Source of the DNA: a virus
Reading direction: 5' to 3' (one strand)
DNA: 64,000 bases
Virus record (IMG/VR): IMGVR_UViG_3300044655_002353
Coordinates: 1 to 64,000 of that record
Below are positions 57,590-64,000 of this stretch, piece after piece. A program made the translations under genes and the position numbers. The notes under the pieces are model-generated. The model was not told the DNA's origin. It saw only the letters and a program-made list of their open reading frames with translations, and made no database searches. The number at the start of each line of letters is the position of its first letter. Position 1 is the first letter of the stretch.

Positions 57590-58301
57590 ACAATACTTAT
57601 TAAAAGAACAGGCTAACAACGATTTCGACTTTTGGCCGGAAGAAGATATTATCGACTGGATTACTAGAAATGGTCATCGAGTTCTAAAGAAGTATAACAT
57701 TGAAGATTTAGACCCTGGCAACTTTGAAAATGCAAAGTATGATTATGGTATTGTAAATGCTACGGCTGTGTTATTATCTGGTGATGAAGAATGTTTGCCA
57801 CGTATTAATGGTTCAACTCATCTTCGTTATTTGCCATGTCAGTTTGGACAAATAGAAAGGAACTTCTTTATAGCAAATTGTAGTTTAGGTTCTTTGAAAG
57901 GATGTCCTAAAATCGTGGGTGGTCGTTTTAGCATTAGCAACAATCCAGAAATCACATCACTTGATTATTTTCCTGAAAGAGCTTCTTCATATATACTTCG
58001 TGGAACTGGTATTACTTCTTTGAGTGGCATTCACAAAGTCATCAAAGAAATAAGACCTAATAGACAAGGTGATGGTGAAATTGTCGTTCCGCATACTTTG
58101 ACTAATTCTATATTAGGCTTGCTAAAGATACCAGGATTGAGAACTATTTCATATCCAGCAACTGAAAGAGCTAAATACTCTAATGAACTTCGCCAAGCAA
58201 TTGGAATAGTCTATAACCATTTACAAACAGACGAAAAAAATGCTATTGCCTGCCAACGAGAACTAATTGAAAATAATCTAGACGATTACGCGGAGTTTTA
58301 A
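57576..58301 (+). CDS. CQRELIE-family paralog B10
   Basis: MQSFRQYLLKE; SLKGCP; conserved tail. Confidence 0.9.
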   Translation: MQSFRQYLLKEQANNDFDFWPEEDIIDWITRNGHRVLKKYNIEDLDPGNFENAKYDYGIVNATAVLLSGDEECLPRINGSTHLRYLPCQFGQIERNFFIANCSLGSLKGCPKIVGGRFSISNNPEITSLDYFPERASSYILRGTGITSLSGIHKVIKEIRPNRQGDGEIVVPHTLTNSILGLLKIPGLRTISYPATERAKYSNELRQAIGIVYNHLQTDEKNAIACQRELIENNLDDYAEF

Positions 58302-59239
58302 TGAAACTAAATGAACTATTTCCATTACTAAAAGAAGCCGGTGTTTCGATACCTGCTGTTAAAGATTTGCCGCCTATTGACCCGGTTGATTTAGCTGATA
58401 CTCTAAATAAAGTCAAACAATCAAACGAATATAAAGAAATACTTTCAAAAACATTTGATATCAGTTCTGCTATAAAACTAAAAAACGGAACTTTAACATT
58501 CAAGTTGAAAAATGGAACTATGGATTATTCGATTTATTCTAATGGACAGATAAGAGCTCAGGCAGCACATGCTGATAGAGCCACTAAGATGAATTCGCCT
58601 ATTCCCGTTCCTAATCTATATGTTCGTTATATCAACTGTTTAAAAAAGCTGAAAGACATAGCTGAAAAAAAATTAGCTAAGAAAGAAGAAAATAAAACAA
58701 TTATATTATCTGGAGAAATGGGCCCTGACTTAACTCAAATTGAATTCCCAAAAGATACAATTTATCTCAATGTTCTTAAATCTTCAATTCGTTCCCTAAA
58801 AGGTTGTCCGCCAACAATTGAACATTTGATGATAAGTGACAATGAAAATCTAATATCTTTAGAAGGTTGTCCATCTAAATTAACAAATTTAGCTATATGG
58901 GATAATAAAAACTTATCATCATTAGAACATATTGCTTCTGATATTGATGGTAATCTACAAATTTATCGTAATGCAAAAATTACTTCTTTTGACAATTTAG
59001 ATAAGTTAGTAAAAAGAATAGGCATCATGTTACAATTTGACCCAACTATTAAAAGTGGTGTTCTTTCTATTTTGAAAATTAAAGGATTAGAACAAGGTGT
59101 TCGACAAACAAAACCACCACAAGAAGTTGATCTTATCTTAGGTAAAATTCTAACTAAACATATATTTGCAGGGCGCAACAGGATTGCGTGCCAACGTGAT
59201 CTAATTGAAAACGACCTAGACGAGTACGCGGAGTTTTAA
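58301..59239 (+). CDS. CQRELIE-family paralog B11, extended LRR-like repeats
   Basis: MKLNELF; SLEGCP repeats; conserved tail. Confidence 0.9.
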   Translation: MKLNELFPLLKEAGVSIPAVKDLPPIDPVDLADTLNKVKQSNEYKEILSKTFDISSAIKLKNGTLTFKLKNGTMDYSIYSNGQIRAQAAHADRATKMNSPIPVPNLYVRYINCLKKLKDIAEKKLAKKEENKTIILSGEMGPDLTQIEFPKDTIYLNVLKSSIRSLKGCPPTIEHLMISDNENLISLEGCPSKLTNLAIWDNKNLSSLEHIASDIDGNLQIYRNAKITSFDNLDKLVKRIGIMLQFDPTIKSGVLSILKIKGLEQGVRQTKPPQEVDLILGKILTKHIFAGRNRIACQRDLIENDLDEYAEF

Positions 59240-59907
59240 TGAAAGTAAAAGAACTATTTGAACACGAAGCTATTCCAAAGTTAAAACAAAATCATATGAT
59301 AGAGCTTACATTAGAATTTAGCGGATTGACTGACTTATGTAAGAAGATGAAAGCAAATTTGCAACAGTTCAAAAAACTTATCAATGAAAAGACTGGAACT
59401 GATAGTATTATATTAGTTAGTACTATTTCATTTTCTATTAAATTATTGATTGAAGATAAAAATGTTGATGCTTTTGATAATTATCGTGAAAATGTTTTAG
59501 ACGTATTGAATGAATTTGCAGGTGATTCTTCTAACTATCGAGAAAATCATGAAGACCACCATGTTAATCTATTCTTTTCACATGAGGTTCCTAAACTTTC
59601 AATTCCAATTTCATATGATACTGTTTATGTAAATGTAGAAAATAAATCTTCATTATCCGGAATTGATAAAATTATATCTTCTTTTAGAAACTTATATATT
59701 CGTAATTGTGAAAACGTTACCGGAAAGGCATTAGGCATTATTAGGTTAGCTAAGAAAGGTAAAGCAATCAACTTATCAACATCAGATTATCATGAATTGC
59801 ATTGGATGTATGTTATCAATAAGCATTTGAATCCTGAACGTCAAAATGTTGTAGCTTGTCAACGAGAACTAATTGAACGTGATTTAGACGAATATGCAGA
59901 ATTTTAA
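59239..59907 (+). CDS. CQRELIE-family paralog B12
   Basis: MKVKELFE; conserved tail. Confidence 0.9.
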   Translation: MKVKELFEHEAIPKLKQNHMIELTLEFSGLTDLCKKMKANLQQFKKLINEKTGTDSIILVSTISFSIKLLIEDKNVDAFDNYRENVLDVLNEFAGDSSNYRENHEDHHVNLFFSHEVPKLSIPISYDTVYVNVENKSSLSGIDKIISSFRNLYIRNCENVTGKALGIIRLAKKGKAINLSTSDYHELHWMYVINKHLNPERQNVVACQRELIERDLDEYAEF

Positions 59908-60568
59908 ACAATACTTGCAAGAAGGTGAAACTCAGAATTCAGTTTATCTTGAATGTTGTTATTACTTTCCAGGAAATCCTATAACAGACATAACTTCAGC
60001 AAAAGTTCGTGGTATAGTCTCACCAGTGTTGAAAGGCTTTAAGTTTTCACTTCAAGATGTAAGCACTGAAGGTTTTGTTGTAGTTATTATAGACCCTGAT
60101 AGTAATTGGTTGAAATCTGAAAAAGCTCAGTTTGATTTGCATGGTAAGATTATGGAAGCAGTTTGCTCTGAGTATAAAATGAACTTTGCGCATGTCATTA
60201 ATCATCATAAGTTTTCGGCTAATTGTAATATAGGATTGAATAGATTACTTCCATTTCAAGTAGTTTGTCATTTATTGTCTATCAATGTTCAAGTTGATAC
60301 AGTTTTTACAAATATCAAAAAGCTAGTAAAATGTGATGCGATTCACATTTATCAAATGGAGTATTTTAATGGAGGGTTATTAGGATTATTACAAATACCT
60401 CATCCAACTCAAGTTTGGTTTTCTTCTAATAGTATTAGATTAGCAAAATACGATAAATTAAATGAGGCCATTCGAATTGTCAGAACACATTTAGATGGTG
60501 ATAGAAATGTTGTAGCTTGTCAACGAGAACTAATTGAAAAGGATTTAGATGAATATGCAGAGCTTTAA
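59894..60568 (+). CDS. CQRELIE-family paralog B13
   Basis: MQNFKQYLQE; conserved tail. Confidence 0.9.
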   Translation: MQNFKQYLQEGETQNSVYLECCYYFPGNPITDITSAKVRGIVSPVLKGFKFSLQDVSTEGFVVVIIDPDSNWLKSEKAQFDLHGKIMEAVCSEYKMNFAHVINHHKFSANCNIGLNRLLPFQVVCHLLSINVQVDTVFTNIKKLVKCDAIHIYQMEYFNGGLLGLLQIPHPTQVWFSSNSIRLAKYDKLNEAIRIVRTHLDGDRNVVACQRELIEKDLDEYAEL

Positions 60569-61256
60569 ACAATACTTACAAGAAGACACGGCTTCAAATA
60601 GCGAATACGTTCAACGTATTCGAGACCTATTAAATGATTGGGCAAGTCAAGAACTTATACCGAATGACCCAAAGAAAAACTCTTTGCACGGTTTCAAAAT
60701 ATCTGCATCTGGGATAGTTGATTGTCAGTTAGGAACTCTTATAATTTATGATGAAATGTTAGATGCTAATGGTGAATTCCCATTCAAAATCCGAAATGCA
60801 AAATATATGATTTTGGAGCGTTTAGAAAAATTAAAATCATTCAAAAACTTTCCTGAAAAATTAGTATGTAAATCAGATTATAGGGATGTTTTTATAACAT
60901 ATCATCTTTTTAAGTATCGTAAAATTACATCTTTTGAGAATTTTCCAAAATATTGTCCTAATGGAGAAATACAACTAGAGGCATTTGTAAATGCTTCTTT
61001 TTCAAATATTCATAAACATATTTTGGATGCAGAAACAATAAGAATAAATCCTAATTATGTTGGACCTATTTTATCATTTTTAAAGATTCCAACTTTAACA
61101 GATGTATATGCATTTACGGGGGATGTAAATGACGAAAGTGAATCATGTAAAGAAGCTCTTAGTATTCTAAATAAACATTTAAATGGTAATAGAGACTTTA
61201 TTGCATGTCAACGAGAACTAATTGAAAAGGATTTAGATGAATATGCTGAATTATAA
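60555..61256 (+). CDS. CQRELIE-family paralog B14
   Basis: MQSFKQYLQE; conserved tail. Confidence 0.9.
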   Translation: MQSFKQYLQEDTASNSEYVQRIRDLLNDWASQELIPNDPKKNSLHGFKISASGIVDCQLGTLIIYDEMLDANGEFPFKIRNAKYMILERLEKLKSFKNFPEKLVCKSDYRDVFITYHLFKYRKITSFENFPKYCPNGEIQLEAFVNASFSNIHKHILDAETIRINPNYVGPILSFLKIPTLTDVYAFTGDVNDESESCKEALSILNKHLNGNRDFIACQRELIEKDLDEYAEL

Positions 61257-61259
61257 GAA

Positions 61260-61299
61260 TATAAATATAGATATTAATTACTATTCTAATATCTATATT
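61260..61299 (+). promoter_or_regulatory. T4-type late promoter overlapped by a 13-bp hairpin
   Basis: TATAAATA 61260-61267; AATATAGATATTA/TAATATCTATATT. Confidence 0.75.
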
Positions 61300-61301
61300 A
61301 T

Positions 61302-62861
61302 ATGGCAAATCCTTATCTAAAGCGAGCGAATACAGAAACTGAATACGAAGCTTGGCAAATCCAAGAACTTGAGAAGTGTATGAATGACCCGATATACTTC
61401 ATCAAAAACTATGTCAAAATTCAGCATGCTATTAAAGGTACGGTTCTATTTGAGCTGTTTGACTATCAAGAAGAATTCATTCTAGCAATTCACAATAACA
61501 AAGATACGTTAGCACTAATGTCTCGCCAGCTTGGTAAGACAACTACTGCGGCAATCTACATCTTTTGGCTTTCTGCTTTTACTGATGACCAAGCATGTGT
61601 GATAGCATCTAAGAACATGGACCATGCTACAGACATCATGGCCAAAATCAAATTTGCATATGAAGAGCTTCCAAATTGGTTGAAGCCTGGAGTCAAGTTC
61701 TACAATCGTACATCAATCGAATTTGACAATGGTTCAATCATCAAATCACAAGCAACTACAGAAAAAACTGGTCGTGGTAATTCACCATCAATTCTAATGC
61801 TTGACGAGATTAGCTTTATTTCAACTCGTATCCAAGAAAAGATTTGGGCTTCAATTGCTCCGGCTCTTTCAACTGGTGGTAAGTTGATTATGACAACTAC
61901 TCCTAATGGTGATACTGACTTGTTTGCTAGATTGTGGAGAGAATGTCTTGCAGGTCTAAACAGCTTTAGTCATACTTTTGCTCATTATACTCAACATCCT
62001 GAACGTGGTCCTGAATCTGGTTATCGAGAAGAAATGCTTGCAAAACTAGGGGAACTTGTTGTACGAGTAGAACTTGATTGCGAATTCCTTTCTTCTGATG
62101 CTCTTCTTATCCAATCACAACGTCTTATCGAACTTAGACATCAACAACCAATCTTTATTGACAAGGGCTTTTCTTTCTGGGAAAACATTCGTGCTGATGC
62201 TGCTTATCTTGTAGGTGTTGATATTGCAACGGGTTCGGGTCGAGATTACAGTGTTGTTGAAGTGTTTGAGTTTCCATCACTTATTCAAGTTGCTGAGCTT
62301 CGAACTAATAGTCTAAACATACCTGACTTATATGATAGAATAAAGTGGTTACTAAACAAAATGTCAAGTCATACTATGAATAACAAACGACCTGAAGTAT
62401 TCTGGACATTTGAACGAAATGGAGTTGGTGAAGCTATTGGTGCTCTTTATAATACCGATGAACATCCACCTGAGTATGCCGAACTTATCAATGATGTGCC
62501 TGGCAAGTTAGGAATGCAAACAACAAATCGTAACAAAATCCTCGCTTGTCTTCAACTAAAGTCTATGGTTGAAAAGATAAAGAACGGATTGGAGATAAGG
62601 TCTGAAATCAATATCTTTGAACTTAAGAACTTTATTGCTTCAGGTGGTTCTTATGCCGCTAAGATTGGAGCTACTGATGACAGTGTGTCTGCATTATTAC
62701 TTATTATTAGATTGCTAAAGCATGTAAGTGAGTTTGATGACAAAGCTAGAAAGTTGTTATATGAATATAATGCCGAAGATTATAACCCAGCGGTAAATAG
62801 CTTTGGACCTGACACTCCATTAGATGAAAGTGATGAAGCAATACCTTTTATGGTGCTTTGA
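61302..62861 (+). CDS. terL: terminase large subunit (gp17-like)
   Basis: DPIYFIKNYVKI; L.DYQ; SRQLGKTT Walker A; LMLDE Walker B; TTPNG; GVDIATG.G.DYS; ERNGVG; DD. Confidence 0.96.
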   Translation: MANPYLKRANTETEYEAWQIQELEKCMNDPIYFIKNYVKIQHAIKGTVLFELFDYQEEFILAIHNNKDTLALMSRQLGKTTTAAIYIFWLSAFTDDQACVIASKNMDHATDIMAKIKFAYEELPNWLKPGVKFYNRTSIEFDNGSIIKSQATTEKTGRGNSPSILMLDEISFISTRIQEKIWASIAPALSTGGKLIMTTTPNGDTDLFARLWRECLAGLNSFSHTFAHYTQHPERGPESGYREEMLAKLGELVVRVELDCEFLSSDALLIQSQRLIELRHQQPIFIDKGFSFWENIRADAAYLVGVDIATGSGRDYSVVEVFEFPSLIQVAELRTNSLNIPDLYDRIKWLLNKMSSHTMNNKRPEVFWTFERNGVGEAIGALYNTDEHPPEYAELINDVPGKLGMQTTNRNKILACLQLKSMVEKIKNGLEIRSEINIFELKNFIASGGSYAAKIGATDDSVSALLLIIRLLKHVSEFDDKARKLLYEYNAEDYNPAVNSFGPDTPLDESDEAIPFMVL

Positions 62862-62929
62862 GGAAAAACCTCGTTTTTCTTAAAAAATTGCCGAGTGATT
62901 AGTCATGGAAAATGATGTGTTTGAAAACT

Positions 62930-63145
62930 AGTAATAAAATCAATAAGTTACGAAGATAATGATAAATATTTTTAGTAATAAAATCAACTACTTAGAAAAA
63001 CGTCAACTTCTAGTAATAACGAAATTGAAGAGGAGAGGAGAGAGACAACTGAATATAATATATACCCTTAGTCTGTCAGTTTTTCGAGTAATAAAATCAA
63101 CTGCTTAGACACGAGCGAAATCAATTATATAGTCTGTCAGTTTTT
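62930..63145. repeat. intergenic direct repeats
   Basis: AGTAATAAAATCAA at 62930, 62974, 63087; TAGTCTGTCAGTTTTT at 63069, 63130. Confidence 0.85.
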
Positions 63146-63219
63146 TAGCTTGCATAGATTATGGCTTAGGTGTAAATAGTAAATCAAACATTTATATAAA
63201 GAGAGAGAGAACATCTATC

Positions 63220-63636
63220 ATGAAACTTATCGACATCAAACCACATGTTATCAGTGAGTCAAGCACTCCTATACATATGACTATGCTTCTTGACGAAGTA
63301 AGAAACGCAGGCAAAATCACTAACACTGCACAAACTGTTCTGATTGCACAACTTGTTCAATTGTTCAAGTTTTCACCAGTCAATCCGCAGAATGATATTC
63401 TTCAGTTCCAACAATCTCATAGTGCAATGAAACCTCGTTATGTCTATGAGAATCCAACTCCTAAGGAATTACTTGATGATATCAAAGGTCTGAAAGATGA
63501 TGAACAAGTCAAGTTAGCAGAATGGCTATTACGTCAACTTGCAATCGTTGAGGCAAATGAAGATTTGGAACTTTATCATAATCCTGAAATGGCATTGAAT
63601 AAATGGATAAGCCTTGTAACGAAGGCTCAACATTAA
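63220..63636 (+). CDS. hypothetical protein
   Basis: GAGAGAG upstream; MKLIDIK...ISE leader. Confidence 0.65.
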   Translation: MKLIDIKPHVISESSTPIHMTMLLDEVRNAGKITNTAQTVLIAQLVQLFKFSPVNPQNDILQFQQSHSAMKPRYVYENPTPKELLDDIKGLKDDEQVKLAEWLLRQLAIVEANEDLELYHNPEMALNKWISLVTKAQH

Positions 63637-63688
63637 TAAATATTATTATATTCAAATACTCGCTTTCTATAGATGGAGCTAAATTAAC

Positions 63689-64000
63689 ATGACTTATCAA
63701 ATAAAACATGCTGATACTTCGGTCGCAGATATACCTCTTGCGCCGCTTACTACAGATGATACTTCAACTTCATTGACCTTTGTTGGTCGTGGAGTTCCAA
63801 ATCATGGGCAAATACATCAAACAAATTTTTTGAAAATACTTGAAAACTTTGCTTCTGATACTGCGCCTCTTCATCCTGTTTACGGACAACAATGGTACAG
63901 TAAGACGCTAAAACAACTGAAAGTCTGGGATGGGACAGCTTGGATACTTTCACAGTCTTGCGCATGTCAGGTTGGTCCAACTGCTCCAACTTTTATCGCA
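63689..64000 (+). CDS. baseplate/tail-fibre-associated protein, runs off window end
   Basis: hand translation MTYQIKHAD...SLTFVGRG.PNHG....NFLKILENFAS..AP..P.YGQQWY...LKVWDG; GGAG RBS. Confidence 0.7.
   Translation, partial: MTYQIKHADTSVADIPLAPLTTDDTSTSLTFVGRGVPNHGQIHQTNFLKILENFASDTAPLHPVYGQQWYSKTLKQLKVWDGTAWILSQSCACQVGPTAPTFIA

Noticed and set aside
39386-60555. Upstream starts in the ORF track (39386, 40762, 44086, 46205, 57555, 60549)
   Set aside because: Extensions are the alternate frame of the previous gene's tail; the conserved leader marks the true ATG
38827-61256. CRISPR array or integron reading of the ~50-bp periodic repeat
   Set aside because: Units are ~0.65-0.95 kb apart, degenerate mainly at codon third positions, lie inside ORFs and are not palindromic; no cas or integrase gene in the window
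38827-61256. Diversity-generating retroelement
   Set aside because: No reverse transcriptase, no template/variable repeat pair with adenine-specific differences; the C-terminus is the constant part
61302-62861. Intein or intron in terL
   Set aside because: Continuous 519-aa ORF with normally spaced motifs
63750-63989. Minus-strand 79-aa ORF
   Set aside because: Overlaps a + strand structural gene starting at 63689 that runs off the window
1-64000. Stop-codon reassignment
   Set aside because: Long conserved genes are intact in the standard code, TAG and TGA end genes at expected positions, and no suppressor tRNA was seen

Overview
AT-rich 64-kb segment of a large T4-like (myovirus) jumbo phage genome. 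1-24.5 kb is an accessory region of short ORFs behind sigma70-type early promoters. It holds 12 tRNA genes, several tRNA-like or structured RNAs, two free-standing endonuclease genes and host-like genes (panD, feoA, an Lpp/OprI lipoprotein, a large di-heme cytochrome c peroxidase, an M12-type metalloprotease, MazG-like, cyclic-phosphate receiver, an unlisted ArfA-like peptide). 25-64 kb is the morphogenesis region (tail sheath, gp15, gp14, gp13, tail tube, gp4-like, putative TerS, TerL), interrupted by a cassette of secreted/envelope proteins (VPLPA-CTERM protein, L,D-transpeptidase). The most striking feature is a family of 29 paralogous genes: two tandem arrays of 13 and 14 plus two solo copies. 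They share a capsid-targeting-like N-terminus, a hypervariable core, LRR-like repeats and a near-invariant C-terminal tail (IACQRELIEKDLDEYAEF/L) whose DNA also encodes the start of the next gene. The host is inferred, not shown, to be a gammaproteobacterium, possibly a methanotroph. All family assignments are motif recognition by eye; no database search was run.
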